DNA of 64,000 nucleotides, from the NCBI RefSeq assembly GCF_006345805.1, contig NC_043014.1, positions 5,332,001 to 5,396,000 of the forward strand. The letters are read 5' to 3'. This document shows positions 23,729 through 38,420 of the stretch, in pieces (position 1 is the first letter of the stretch; each line of letters opens with the position of its first letter). Under the pieces are notes generated by a model. The model made no database searches. It had not been told where the DNA came from and worked only from the letters and a program-made list of their open reading frames with translations. Made by a program: the position numbers and the translations under genes. This stretch comes from Octopus sinensis (lineage: Eukaryota).

Positions 23729-25399
23729 ATCGAATTTACATTCGTTTCTATATGAAAATTTATGTCGGCGAATCATAAATTATAATATAATAGAGCAACT
23801 TATACGTTTCTTGTAATTGTGTTTCGCAATATTTTATCCAACTAATATATGTCGTTAAATAATTGCTGCTACAAGTTTTCAGAAAATATTCAAAACGGAA
23901 CAACGGAGACGTCATAGAATGTTACAAATAGCTTAACAGAACGATGTAATCCTCGGGGAATGATTCTAGAATACATTGTATGAGGTTCAGTTTATCAAAT
24001 TTAAAAGTTGAAATAAAATGATGATTCGTTTAAATGTGTGTTGTATTCCGTCTTAAAATGGAAACAATCCCCAAATGAAACACCTCCGTACTAATATATT
24101 ACCCTTTCATGATCAATCTTCAGAAAACACGATAAAAGCTTATAACTAACATCACTAAATCATGATGGCTTAATAAAAAAAATACTCCCATACGTATCAT
24201 TGTAAATACAATCGATGCGATGACAGCTCTGCAATCCAATCACGGATATTACCTAATAAAGGATATTTGATATCCACTGAAGAAATACCAAAAAATGTTG
24301 ACTACCTAACTACTTGTCAGGTTACTAACACATTGAAGTTTTCACGAAACACTTTCGACAAGGGTACAAGTACACGTCCCACGATTAACTATTTTCAACC
24401 TACATTCACATATTCCCGCTTTTCTATAAAAATCACACACACACAGCCTCGTGTCACATTACACACGCAGCCTCTCATCGTTCCCTGAAAACTGATGTGC
24501 CAAAATAAAATATGAAACCAAGAAATATGAGTAGACTTCAGGAACAGCATCAACCGAATCTACAGTAACACCACAAAACATCGAATTCAACAAATTATCG
24601 CGATCTGTAACATAAAACTATCAAACTAGCAGAAGGGGAACTTGCTTCGAGATACATGCATACAATAACTGTAACACACATAAACGACTTAGTAAGGAAA
24701 GGAACACCACTTATAAAATATACATTAGGTGGAATCAGTGCAACATGTTGAGTCTTTCACACTCTACCCAGCATTATTGCTCCTTGTATGTGGGAGTTTG
24801 TAGAATGGCTGCCACATAAACGAAGGTATCCGTGGAAAGAGGGATCTGTGGGTGGCAGCACGTTTTTTGTCCGATTCATTGCGTGCCATAAGAATGCTCG
24901 ATTGTGAAAAAGCTAGAGAAAAAGAATAATAATTAAGTAATATGAAAGCACGAAATGCAAATTGACAAATGAATATATGGAAACATTCAACATGGCGTTT
25001 CCAGTGAACAGTATTAGCGCTCAGTATTAGGCATAAGCAATTTTTAGGTTCGTTAAAATGTGCTAATGGCATATTTCAAACTCTAAACGCAAATTCTGTG
25101 CAAAAAGTTGCAAAAACAGCATGTCAGTCCAGTGCTGCTCCCTATCGGGTTCCAGTTCAACCGTCATCAAAAGAAAATACCGAAGAGGGGAATATCTGGA
25201 CAAACTTAAAGCCATAGCTTTAACTTAAACAAAGTCAACAACAACGAGTAAGTGACACCATTAGAGCGCCAGGCTGGAGTCTGTCGTGAGTTACCTCCCT
25301 TCGGTATTTCTCTTTGATAAATACTTCGCTCGAGGAGTTGACCTCAACCTTGTGCCCCAACAGTAACTGTGGTCGCTCTTACGTTCCCGCATTTTCCCC

Positions 25400-26041
25400 G
25401 CATATTTGTGTGTATGTTTGTGTGTGTGTGTGAGTGTGTGTGTGTGTGTGTGTGCATGTGTCCGTGTGTGTGTATGTGTGTGTGTTTGTGTGTCTCAGCG
25501 TGTGTGTGTGTCAGTGTGTGTGAGTCACGGTGTATGGGTCAGTGTGTGTGAGTGTGTGTGTTAGTGTGTGTATGTGTGTATGAGTATGTCAGTGTGTGTG
25601 TGTGTGTATCAGTGTGTATGTGTGTGTGTGTGTTAATGTGTGTATGTGTGTATGAGTATGTCAGTGTGTGTGTGTGTGTGTGTGTCAGTGTGTGTGTGTG
25701 TATGTCATTGTGTGTATGTGTGTCAATGTGTGTGTGCGTGTGTGTGTGTATGTCAGTGTGTGTGTGTGTCAGTGTGTGTGTGTGTGTATGTCAGTGTGTT
25801 CGTGTGTGTGTCAGTGTATGTGTGTGTGTGTATGCCAGTGTGTGTGTCAGTGTGTGTGTGTGAGAGTGTGTGTGTGTGTGTGAGAGTGTGTGTGTGTGTG
25901 TGTGTGTGTCAGTGTGTATGTGTGTTTGTATTTGTGTGGTTATCGGTGTGTGTGTGTCAGTGTGTGTGTGTTTCTCAGTGTGCGTGTGTGTGTGTGTCAG
26001 TGTGTGTGTGTGTATGTATGTCAGTGTGTGCGTGTGTATGT

Positions 26042-26075
<34 letters not shown>

Positions 26076-26173
26076 CAGTGTGTGAGGGTGTGTGTGTGTG
26101 TGAGTGTGTGTGTGTGTTTGTGTGTGTGTGTGTTTTGTGTGCGTGTGCGTGTGGGAGTGTGTGTGTGTGTCAG

Positions 26174-26204
<31 letters not shown>

Positions 26205-26220
26205 CTTTGTGTCTGTGTAT
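25400..26220. repeat. Degenerate (GT)n/GTCA array upstream of exon 1 (also 9535-9690, 40525-40920, 60060-60755)
   Basis: Direct reading. Confidence 0.92.
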
Positions 26221-26224
26221 TTGT

Positions 26225-26636
26225 TGATTGAACGAAATACTTCCCACGCTCAATATTAAAACATTTTCCCAAGAATAACAAATAAAATTAAATAACAACA
26301 TTAGTAAATAAATATATCATAATATATCCAGAAACAGGAATCATTTCACTTTACACGTGTCTCTCATTCATCAAAATATTTTGCTAATTATTGAGTGACA
26401 ATATCAAACCATCTCTTTCCAATGATTAAACCTGTCAGACAAGTTCACGCCCACTTTTACAGTTCCACCAATCGCATTGGTTCATAAATTTACGATAAGA
26501 TCTATGCCAGAGCTGGGTTGTTGTGCGCTCAATAAATACGTGGAATTCAGTTACAGGTCTTCAGCTTAAACCTCGCATCTCGATCTTTTGTTGAAGCCAC
26601 ACGAAGTATCACTTACGACCGACAACTGTCACCAGA
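26225..26636 (+). promoter_or_regulatory. Conserved promoter/5'UTR block of the gene family (also ~40925-41338 and ~60760-61170)
   Basis: Nearly identical in all three exon-1-bearing copies; contains the inverted double CCAAT ACCAAT-CGC-ATTGGT at 26467-26481. Confidence 0.55.
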
Positions 26637-26780
26637 ATGGATTTCTCACAACTGTCCAGGAATATTTCGCAGCGTTATTCCATTTCTTCTCTCATAGCTT
26701 TTGGGGTTCTTCTCGTTCTGACGATCGTGATTCTTCATCAAGATTCAAGAATAGGAAAAATGGAAGAGAAATCGAAAACG
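26637..26780 (+). CDS. Copy C exon 1: cytoplasmic tail + signal anchor (MDFSQLSRNISQRYSISSLIAFGVLLVLTIVILHQDSRIGKMEEKSKT)
   Basis: ATG, 48 codons, ACG|gtaagt consensus donor. Hydrophobic run at about aa 16-33. Joins exons 2-4 in frame to give 768 nt / 255 aa. Confidence 0.88.
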
Positions 26781-27306
26781 GTAAGTCATGGATTTTGTGT
26801 TAATATATGTATGTCTTTATGTATTTATATATGCATGTATGTATGTATGCATTTACGTATGTATGTATTAATATGTGGATGTATGTACGTACGGATGGAT
26901 GGATGAATGTAAGGATGTATGCATGAATCACTTACATATGTTCCTATGGAGCACACACACACACATAAGATCACACACGTAATCACACACGAACACACAG
27001 GAGCACACACCTAAACATACATATATATACATATACGTATATTTGTATACATAATATACATATATTTGTATATATAATATACATATATATGAATATATTA
27101 GTGCGTGAACATATATAGATATATATATACAAACAAATATATGCGTGTGTGTATCTATCACTGTATCTCTCTGTCTATCTCTCTCTCTCTCTCTCTATTT
27201 ATCTATATATATGTATGTGTGTGTGTGTGTATGTGTGTGTGTTTGTGTCTGTGTGTGTGTGTGTGTGTGTTTGTGTGTGTGTGAGTGTGTGTGTTTGTAT
27301 ATAAAT

Positions 27307-27480
27307 ATATTCTTTTACCCGTTTCAGTCATTTGACTGCGGCCATGCTAGAGCACTGCGTTTAGTAGGACATATCGACTTCAGTAATTATTCTTTGTAAG
27401 CCTATTGCTCATTCTATCGTTATCTCTAGACAAACCGCTATGTTACGGGGACGTAAACACACCGACATCAGTTGAGAATC
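27307..27480. repeat. SINE-like interspersed repeat in intron 1 (also ~42280-42455 and ~61818-61995)
   Basis: cagtcatttgactgcggccatgct...ggggacgtaaacacacc block between microsatellites; family assignment from recall only. Confidence 0.55.
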
Positions 27481-27671
27481 GATAGTGGTGCGACAATAAC
27501 AGACACATATATAAAACATAGATACATACACACTATGTGTGCTATACACACACACACACACACACATACATCTATATATATATATATATATACATATCAT
27601 ATATACATACACACATATATAGTTACGTATGTATGTACATACATGTCTATCTATCAATCTATTTATCTACA

Positions 27672-27730
<59 letters not shown>

Positions 27731-28429
27731 GGATATATATATCTATATCTATATATACATACATATACATACATCCCAAGGAAACACAAAGAAGTGTGGA
27801 ATTGTACTCCTGTCCGATCGCTCTTTCACCAGACATAATCCTGGAGAGGGAAATAAGTGCGTAATGAAAAAAATCTAATGGTGGGGTTCCAGCATGGCCA
27901 TGCCCTGTGGCTGCAACGTTTAGCCCTATTAATATTAGTGTTAAGTATTATATCTAGATGTACACTTACACACACGCACAGAAACAGACACATGCAAACA
28001 CACACACACACACACATAGGAATACGTTCATATTTACACACATTTATCTATTTCTCTCCATCAGGAACGGAAGTGAGGCGAGTTTTTTTGAATCTTTTCT
28101 TTCCAACTGAAAATAAAACGTGCGAGTGCCAATGTAGATCGGTGAATTTCGTAATGTTTGACTGTAATTCACGTTGGTTTTTATATATGACAATATGTAA
28201 GAACGAATGTAAATACATACACACAGACACACGGACAAACACACGCACAAATAAACACAAAACACACACACATACGCACGCACACAGACACACGTGCTCA
28301 ATTGTACACGAACAATCACACTATACAGTGTATGTCCACTCACATATATGTGTGCGTTTGTGTGTGTGTATGCGTATAAGTAGATATGTATATTTGTGAT
28401 ATTTATGTGTATATATATGTATTGATATG

Positions 28430-28540
<111 letters not shown>

Positions 28541-28548
28541 GTCTGTGT

Positions 28549-28810
28549 GGAGGCGCAGTGGCCTAGTGGTTAGGGCAGCGGACTGATGATTGTCGGATCG
28601 AGGTTTCGATTCCCAGACTGGGCGTAGTGAGTGTTTAATTCTCCACGAGCCTCAGGGAATTGGGTTGTTGTGATCACTCTTTCTTCTGTTGGCCTGCTCG
28701 CTTAGCCAGCGGGGTGGCGTCATTTGAAGGCTAAAACAACGCGAAGCGCATTGTGACCAGCGATATGGAGCAACAACTGATAGCCTGGTCTGTGACGGTG
28801 ATCACGGAGA
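28549..28810 (+). mobile_element. tRNA-derived SINE (intron 1, copy C)
   Basis: Same family as 10064. Confidence 0.75.
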
Positions 28811-30250
28811 TATATGTATCATACGCACACAATACACGCACACATACATACACACGTACATACACACACACCAGCACAGATGTCCACATATACCTTTAAC
28901 GAACAATACTCATACAGATACGCACACACTTATACACACATACATACACACGTACATACACACACACCAGCACAGATGTCCACATATACCTTTAACGAAC
29001 AATACTCATACAGATACGCACACACTTATACACACATGGGCAGAGACACACACGCACATACACGTACTTAAGCGCACACACGCACGCACATTACTCCCAC
29101 ACAACTCCAGAAAAACCCAAACACACACGCATGTACAAATTCACATACACACCGATACATATACATACACACAATATATGCCTACACGCGCACACACATA
29201 CACATCCGTATACACATATAGACACAGACACACACACACACGCACGTAAAAACATGCGCACACATACGCACGTACACGAATGCACACACCGAAAACTCAC
29301 AACCCCACGGATACACGCATATACACCCAAATACGCTTACACACACACATACAAACGTACACGTACATGCACTCACGCACATACGAGACGCACGCACATA
29401 CATACACACACAAATGAACCCACACATACATCCCATACATAAGGTACACAATAATACATACACGCGCACAATTATACGAACATGTACACACACATACACA
29501 CAGTTATTCGCTTAACCCAAACTCTACACACACACGCACACGTGTCATAATTGCACGCATATACACATACACACACACGCACACATACACTCTGTAAAGC
29601 ACTGTTATTCGCCAAACACCCTAACTCTACGCCTACACACACGAACACACACACATGCACACACACACACTACAAAACACACACACACACGATACATATA
29701 CATACACGCACACACACACATACTTCAAACTAGCAGTACCTATTACTTGACCTGGGGTAGAGACAAAAGGAGCCACGCCCAATTCCTTCTTCGTTGACCG
29801 TAACACTACTAACCCTACAACACGCAAAGTTTAACAGCCACAAACACACACACATGCACACACACACACATGCACACACACACACACACGTGTCATTATT
29901 GCACACCTACACACAGACATACACACGCAGACCACCGCTCACGCTCTTATTCACACTTACACACACATTTCTCCTCCTCTACCACTCTCCTGTCTTTGAA
30001 AGAACTTTTATTCACCCATTTCCTTCCGGTCATTCAAAATGTGACGGCGTGTGTACCGTTAGCGATTTTTTTCCTCTGTCTTCCCTCCTCTGGATCTTTC
30101 CATCTCGTATGTTTCAAACGAAGAGTTCCACCCGAAACGCTGATCCCTCCTTCTTTCCTGAGCGTTCAATAATACTATATTTGATCCACGTCCACGCGTT
30201 GTTGTGTTTCTTTGTGCTTTTTTGTTTGGATTAATTTTAACTATATATAT

Positions 30251-30310
<60 letters not shown>

Positions 30311-30319
30311 GGAAATATC

Positions 30320-30383
<64 letters not shown>

Positions 30384-30386
<3 letters not shown>

Positions 30387-30982
30387 GCAGACATACCCTG
30401 CATTGCTAATGATTAAAATGGCAAAGTTGGTATATAATGTATTGCAGTCATTTTGAAACAGGAGATATGGGAAAGTGCAACATTGACGACAAAACATTTG
30501 TAGAGTAAATGCTGGGCTAATTCGACTAAGCAACATGCTATGCGTCCGTTTGGAGTGTTTAAGGCCCTAACCTGTCATGCAAATTTGGAGGTGGTTTTGT
30601 GTGATTTTTGAACGCATAGAAAAGCTGTCAGTGGATATACTCTCCTTTGCAGCAGTGTGCGCTGTGTCAAACACGGCCCATCATCGGAAATGTTGACACC
30701 TCACGTCGGGTTTGTTGTCCTACATCACACATAGAGTAAATTTGGAGGAACTGTGCTTGTTCATTCGCGGGTACCAGGGAACCATTGAAGGGATATACTT
30801 GCCCTTGAACTTTGACGTCGGCGTAAATTCATGTTTATCTATCTTCTTAGATTCACCAAAGGATGTCATTTGAAATGCAATGTTGTATTGTCTGATATTG
30901 TTCAGAAAATCCATTGACTGGATGGAAGCGCCTTCTAGAAGATTCCGAAAGGTGTTCAGATGGTATTGCTGGCAATGATACC
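30384..30982 (-). mobile_element. Helitron relic, copy C (CTAG end mutated)
   Basis: Paralog of 17863-18459; MDFLNNIRQYNIAFQMTSFG. Confidence 0.78.
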
Positions 30983-31082
30983 TGTCCTAATATGTTGTCA
31001 TCTATCGCATTGTTTTAAGTTCTAAACGATAATAAATAACCTGAAGTTCTATTTATATGATCCTATTTCTATTTTTTCACAG

Positions 31083-31134
31083 AACCGTTTCATCTCCAAG
31101 AAATCTCTCGACGATAAACCTGATGACACACCAA
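31083..31134 (+). CDS. Copy C exon 2 (NRFISKKSLDDKPDDTP)
   Basis: ttttttcacag acceptor, gtaaga donor, phase 0/1 bridges exon 1 to exon 3. Confidence 0.82.
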
Positions 31135-31359
31135 GTAAGAAATAATTTTATGGCAAAAATCTTTTACCCGTGACTCATTAATTAATGATTTATTATTTCA
31201 CCAACTTTGAATTAGTTCCACATTACTATCCATATGTCCACAATAATATATGCTAAGACACTTGCCTAAATGTATTTCAAACTGTATTCTACGTTACAAT
31301 AATTTCCTAAATAAAATGTTACTCTAATATACTATGCCATTTATTGTGTGTATATGAGT

Positions 31360-33420
31360 ATATATGCAGTGCGAGATCGATAATTGTACCAAGCCCTCTT
31401 CATCTGAGAATCAAATGCCCGAGCTGGCGCTTCATGCGTTTATATCTACAATTCAGCATTTTGTACACTCTTTTGCTTCCAATCGTTCGTGAATAGAGAC
31501 CCGAAATAATGATGTTCCACTTTCCTACACAGTGCGTATTTGTCAATCCTGCCTTTGGGTGCACGTCAGCCAACCCATTCGATGCACATTATTGGTGACC
31601 ATCAGACGAATCAGGTAGCAGCATGTCGTCTACAAATAACAGTCGACCGATCACGTAGAGATGAATTGGGATACCTCTACCACAATGGCTGCGCATATTC
31701 AACCAGATCACAAAAAAGAATGTGAGAAGGGGCACTAACAATGCACACTTCAACTAAGTGAAACCTTCATGTTGAAAACTTTCGACTTTTACATAAATAC
31801 AATAATTTGAACATCCATATAAATACTTTATGGCAACCAGTATTTGCCCAGTAAAGTCACCTTCCATGTAAACCATCCGCAACATGCCCCAGGGCACGTG
31901 ATCGTGTGCCTTTTCGTGGTTTACAGCGTATAACCCTGGACGTATTTCAACGTTTTCTCGAAGATCTATCTCTGACCGACTCTCTGGCCGGGTGTACTCC
32001 GTCCAGGACGGTAATCTTGGGAGCGACAACTTCCCTACATATTTTTCCAGATATCTAGTGTAGACTTTTCTATAATTAGAACACACTCTTTGGTCTCTGT
32101 TTGAAAAATTGTGATTGTCATCCCATATTACCTTTCCTTGGTGTTTTTCCCAGGGTTCCCATCCACCTAGCATATATGGGTCACTCAGAGAATACCATCT
32201 GTATTTAAGGTTTCTAAAATATCAAGCCGGACGTACATTTCACCAGCAGCTTTATCACTTTTAAGTGAGTTTAGCTCAAATAAGCGTTCAACCGAAGTAG
32301 AACCTGACGAAAAATATAATACAATCACGAATCCATTTCGATGTCCAACTTCATTCAGGCGGGTCACTCTCAATTTGGATGCAAAAGCTCCACATTTTTG
32401 TTTCTGATCCCAGCATCCTCTGCGGTTCCAACTGTATTCTGTAGGTCGCACTGGACATATCCAATTTCTAGTGTTCGGCAGACTGTAGGAATTTTCAGAT
32501 TTTTAGACATTTAGGTTGTGACTCCACCCCTCCTTTTACCCGAACTTTCACCAAAGAGTGAAAGATGACCGAAATCTATCAAAAACCTCTGTCACCAAGT
32601 ATTTCTATTCCAGGCACCCTTATAAATATCCCTGTCTTAAGATAATATCTATACCATAGAGAGGAGAGTGTGTATCCTGCACAGAAGGCTGCTATGATCT
32701 CTCCATTAAGTTCACTGACGACATTCCTTCCAATCAATCCTTCTCACGGTTATCAGTGCCAAGGTGTGCACTGCAGTCTTCTTGCAGGACAAATGACTTT
32801 ACCCCAAATATATCTAAAGCTGAGGTGAATTTGCTTAGGAAGGATTTGTATTTGACCTCGCTGTTTGCTGCATATACTTAGAGCAGCCACAGTGGTCCTT
32901 CATATTCAGCCTTAGCTTCAAGAGGCGAACCCTCACACCTAGTAGGTTTCACTCCATAATACAATCCGAAAGCTGGGGATTGAGAGTATCCTAATCCCAC
33001 CTGTGCAGACATTGCTGGCACCACAGTTGCGTAGTGGAGTTTCAAGACTATATCCAGGTGTACGCTATCGGAGAAAGGAAATTTTGTAGAGAAGACACCG
33101 ATTATATCTTACAGGCAGATTATATCTAACAATTCAGACAGTTAAAATCTCACTTATTAAAGTTTGTTCCCTTCTTGATCTGATTTGGTTTCCTGAGACC
33201 GTCAATTATGTGCTACCACCCCACGCACCCCAGATTAAGTTGCTGACTGCACCCGTATTGGATGAGGTGTGCAATATATTTATCGAACGGACTCCTCTAC
33301 TCGAGATCCGGATGTGATGTCTTTTAACTAAATCGACAAATGATGCGGTATGGTTGTTATTTTCATATTGTAGTTATGATGGCCCTATTTGCGCCGAGCT
33401 CCAAATGATATTTGTAATTG
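31360..33420 (-). mobile_element. Degenerate RTE-clade LINE relic in intron 2, copy C
   Basis: Paralogous to 18845-21050; RDQRVCSNYR and HEKAHDHVPW fragments. Confidence 0.8.
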
Positions 33421-33820
33421 ACCGATGAATATTCGCACCTTGCGAATATTTTATCATTATTCTATTGAGTTTTATCATTATTCTATTGAGAAGTATATAT
33501 ACTCATACCCAAGTTTACGTACCATACATACATCCGTTCATAGCGGAGACCGATACGCATTCTGATATTCTGAGATTAATCTCTCAAATCTTTGACATCA
33601 ACGTCAACAACAGGCTCAACAGACAAATGTCTTTTTTCTTTCTTTACAATTTATTCTTATTATTTACATCTTTCGTTCTGACTTTCATTCATTCACTCGT
33701 TCTTTCTTAAATTCTATATTTCTCTCTTCTCCATCAATTCCTTCCCATCCAACATCCTACTTTGTAAATGGTCCCCCAATTCTTTCTTTTAAACTACATT
33801 ATTTCATTTTAATTTCACAG

Positions 33821-33895
33821 AACCCGGTCTCGGATCATTGTATACCCGGTGGGGCAGAACAACTTGTCCTCCTTATTCAAACCTTGTATATGACG
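33821..33895 (+). CDS. Copy C exon 3 (KPGLGSLYTRWGRTTCPPYSNLVYDG)
   Basis: tttcacag acceptor, gttagt donor, 75 nt. Confidence 0.9.
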
Positions 33896-34943
33896 GTTAG
33901 TATACTTTATATTTCTGACCCCTCATTCTCTTTTTGTCTTTCTCTTGCTCTCTTTTTATACCTCTCATTTTCTCTTTTTGTTACCTCTCTTTCTCTCTCA
34001 TCCTCTCTCTCACGCACACGCACACACACTCACACTTTGTCGTGTTGTCTGACATAAACATTCTCAAATCCTCTTATGATATGTCACGTTTGAAGCGTCT
34101 ATACCTATAGACTATACAGACACTACACAAGAATGCTTACTCCTTTGTGGGTATTTGGTCAAATCAGAATATTATATGTTGTCTACTACGGACCAAGTGA
34201 AAAGGATGCTAACTGGTGATCAATTGTACAGGCTACGGATGGTGGTATTGTACGTGACTGAGCAGAGCTGAAAAGTGGCCGCTTGACAATCATTAACTAG
34301 AGTGCACAATGATCGTAGGTGTGGGCTAAATTTAATAGAGTCTATTAGAATTGATGACAGTGACTGTAAATGGTTAATGGAATGAACGCACAATGTAGAA
34401 TGAGGACTGGACAAGCCACATACTATAAGTGATGGAAAAAGCTAAGGACTTTATTCATTAAGTAATATATAGAGAGACTAAATATTAGTGAGAGAACACA
34501 ACAGAGTACAGAATGCACTTCTATTCTTCCCCCCCTCACCGAAATCGTCCTATTGCTAAAGCCTTGCTCTTTTCATGCACCACATCACCTCATTAATTAT
34601 CCAGTATATCTTTGTAAGGTAATTACGACACTTCCAATTCAAAACTGCTGCTACAAACTGCGTCCCCAATCAACCTTACGTTCCTTGAAAATGCTCTGTA
34701 TCTGCTCCTTATAAACCCTACACGTATATTTTATCGGTCGCCGACTCCATCGCCAAAAATATCCTCGTTCACTCGTGAACACATTTTCTATTTCGGGTAA
34801 ACACGAGTACATGCGTTACCGAATTCCTTTCTTTTTCTCCTTCTATTAACACTTCCCCATGATAACATACATAGTAATCCACGTCGTAACCACAAATACT
34901 TACCCGTATACACTCAACATATATATACATATTCCTACATATT

Positions 34944-35040
<97 letters not shown>

Positions 35041-35159
35041 CTGTGTGTATATGTATATATATATATAATATATATAGATTCGGATGAATATGGTACTTAA
35101 GTTGAGGCTCCAGAATTTAGTACGGCATTATCCATACAATTTCAAGTAAGGGGATTAAA

Positions 35160-36090
35160 ATTAAAATAAGCAAAGATGATATCCAGAGATAATGCAGTAG
35201 GTTCGTTTCATGCAACTCCATTTAATTGAACAATGCAATCATTACATCAGTTTAAAATTTAGAGCAATTTTCAGCTGCAAAAACGTCGGATTTAATTAAA
35301 TTACAACAGATGGACACATTTGTATAATTATACTTAAAATTTCCAAGATATTACAGAGAACATGTTGTCTCTACTTCAGCATAGCAGTTACTAAAATTAT
35401 CAAGAAGACTCAGCTTACCACTGATTTTTTGTCTTTATGGTGTCAGTTTTAATTTATAGACTAATTTACAAATCCTTTGTATATCTAAGGCTGAGAGAAC
35501 ACAGGGCAGTATCTGTTAGGGGGAGGGCTCAGGCAGTAGATAGACATTGTAGTTGGTATAATTATAAAATAATCAAGAATTATTATAAGCAATACCATGA
35601 GGTTTAGTAAGGGAAAACTTAAAACAAGATGTTAGATGATAATTAAGGGGGTCGCACACTGGCAGACTATTGACAATGAAACGGAAGGTCTTATCATATA
35701 TTATAGTTAAATATTTTAAACAATGTTGCTATGAATACAGTTGAAGTTTAGGGTTTACCAAAGGATTATTAAGAAGAATATTATAACAAAAGGATAGAAA
35801 TTGTTGAATATTTTTTCTATTCATAAGTACTCATAAATTTCTTGATAATTTTATTAATTTCTATGCTGAAGTAGAGACATGTTCTTTGTGTATCTCCTTA
35901 ACTTCTTTGAGATTTTACGTATAATTATACTAATGTGTCAATCTGTTTTAATTTAATTATATCCTATGTATTTGTGCAGCTGAAGATTGCTCTATATTTT
36001 AAATTGATTTAATGATTGTATTGTTCAATTATATGGAGTTGCATGAAACAATCGTACTGCATTATCTCTGGATATCCTTGTTGCTTACTT
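35160..36090. mobile_element. Foldback-type element with ~260-bp imperfect inverted repeats
   Basis: About 35163-35420 is the diverged reverse complement of about 35825-36090. Confidence 0.7.
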
Positions 36091-36092
36091 CG

Positions 36093-36133
<41 letters not shown>

Positions 36134-36340
36134 GAGAATGCAAATGCACAGCTATGATATCAAGCATACAGCAACACACAGCTTACACTCACATAAACAC
36201 TAATATATACACCACAATTCGTTCACACGCGAGTAAACATGACTTCTTTTAAGTGAAAAATTGTAATGAATGTTTCCGTTATTTCATATATAATTTTGCT
36301 TATTATCTTTTTTTACTTGATTTATTCTTACCAATTCTAG

Positions 36341-36837
36341 GTGTGGTGGGTGGACAATTTTATGACCACACAGGTGGTGGAAGTAATCTCTTGTGTTTAC
36401 CTAACGATCCCATTTGGGCCAATTATACGACTAAAGTTGAAGAAGGTGGTTACATTTATGGCAGTGAATATGAAATAGGCCACTACTCAAATAAACTCTT
36501 TTCTTTTGCTAACGCTAAATCACTTTTTGATCACAACGTTCCGTGCGCTGTCTGTTTGACACGACAACCTGCTGTTGTTATGATGTTACCAGCCAGGACA
36601 AAGTGTTACTCTGGTTGGACAGCTGAGTATTCAGGATATTTGATGACCGAATGTCATAGTCATAAGGGCAGACATGAATATGTGTGTGTGGATTATGCAC
36701 CAGAAGCTGATCCAGCAGGTTACAGAAACGAAGATGGAGCTCTATTATATTTCGTTCAGGCTTCTTGTGGTTCATTGCCATGTCCACCGTATGTCAATGG
36801 TCAAGAATTAACCTGCGTTGTGTGCAGTAAATATTGA
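36341..36837 (+). CDS. Copy C exon 4, C4-like domain (GVVGGQFYDHTGGGSN...CSKY*)
   Basis: ttctag acceptor within track ORF 36253..36837. One codon shorter than the other copies (in-frame loss in the EYxxxxY patch). Confidence 0.92.
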
Positions 36838-38364
36838 ATAGAAATTAAATTCGGTTCCATATGAAAATATGTCTGTGAATTTTAATAAATAACATAAATT
36901 TTCAATTGTGTTACATAATATTTTCTTTAAAGTATGTCTATCGTTACAATAAACTGTTGTACTAGTTTACAGAAGATATTCAAACAATACAAAAGAGGCG
37001 CGGTAGAATGATAGAAATATCCTCAAAAACAAGAAAAATCTAAATCTGTCGGAATGATTCTAGAAAAAACATTTTGTAAGATTTCAGTTTATCAAACTTA
37101 TCGTTGAAATAAAATGTTATTTTCTTTAAGAGTATTTTGTCTTCTGTCTCATGATTCAACAAAACCCCAAATAAAGTACCACCATAGAATTATATCAGCT
37201 TTTCGTGCACAGCCTTAGAAAATCTAATACTCGACGCTACTATCTCAGACATCTTGGTTTTCAAATTACAACTCAGATTCTGACAAGGAGCCATGAACCG
37301 CTACATTACTTAGCACAGAACTTAACTGATTCTTTCAACAACAACCAGATACTTCCACACGATCCATTCTATTTGCCGTCATTAATCAGGAAAGATTTCC
37401 GTTCCATTCCAACGCCATATCTTATAAAACCTATCTATCGTCTACTTTAGAAATATCACAAAATGTTCAATTTAAGCTTTCTGAGACTGTGGAATTTACA
37501 CGATCAATTCCTCAAAAGACAGTATAAATGAGTATTGGTCCTGCCAACCTAAATCTATGCCATAAAATTCCCATCTCTCTTCAAGATAAGATACAAAATG
37601 AAACTCGATGCCCACAACATACACATTATACACTAAATGCTGATATACAAGAATAAGAAATCAAATCAACCAGAAAAATTGCCTCATTTCAGCAGCAGAG
37701 AACATCAAATACGACGATTTCTTTCACTCATCTACGTAAACATAACAGAACCGAAGAAAGGATGGATCCTAGAAGCTGAATACATTTCATGCGAAACGAA
37801 TACAACACACATAAAAGTGAGACAAAAGAGAGCAAATATAGTCAGGGCAAGCACGGATGCTGTGTGTAAGAAGGCTGAGATGTTGTGACCGTCACGTTAT
37901 ATCCAATAGGATTCATAACAGTATGTTGGAGTGTGTAGAATATATGTTAGATAAACGAAGGGTTCGGTTAACAGCATCAAGCTGCAATAAAGAATAAAGA
38001 TTATTAATGTTTACTATCCCACTATTATTAGTCTAATGGGTAAATCTGCATTCGCTTCTCTAGATTACAAATATTTTCCTGGTTGTAAATCGTAAACAAT
38101 TGCAGAGAATACGGACGCTGGTAGATCTTCAAATTCATCTTTTGATTCAGCGGCATAATTAGACAGTTAAAACGACCGCCAGGTGTTTAAGCTGTACAGA
38201 GCATGCGCAGCTGCATATGAGACCCGCCATTACAATAGGAAAAATTATGGGACTTTGTTGAAATCTGACATGGCTGTAAGATTTAATTTGTAGCTTATTT
38301 CAAATTAACCTTATTTCGAGGGCCAAACCGAGAGTGTTACACACATACACACACACACACACAC

Positions 38365-38420
<56 letters not shown>

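Noticed and set aside
26670-26690. Tyr in the cytoplasmic tail (QRYSIS) as an ITIM or YxxPhi motif
   Set aside because: Does not fit either consensus.
26588-26803. Overlapping ORF MLKPHEVSL... (also 41290, 61122)
   Set aside because: Alternate frame over exon 1 with a TTG start; it does not splice in frame to the downstream exons.
28841-29036. 96-bp tandem duplication, and similar local duplications at 44400-44700
   Set aside because: Ordinary slippage in CA-rich intron sequence; not a CRISPR or functional array.
36253-36340. N-terminal extension of the 194-aa ORF with a hydrophobic stretch, suggesting a single-exon secreted form
   Set aside because: It is the polypyrimidine tract and acceptor; the paralogous region is not open in this frame in the other copies.
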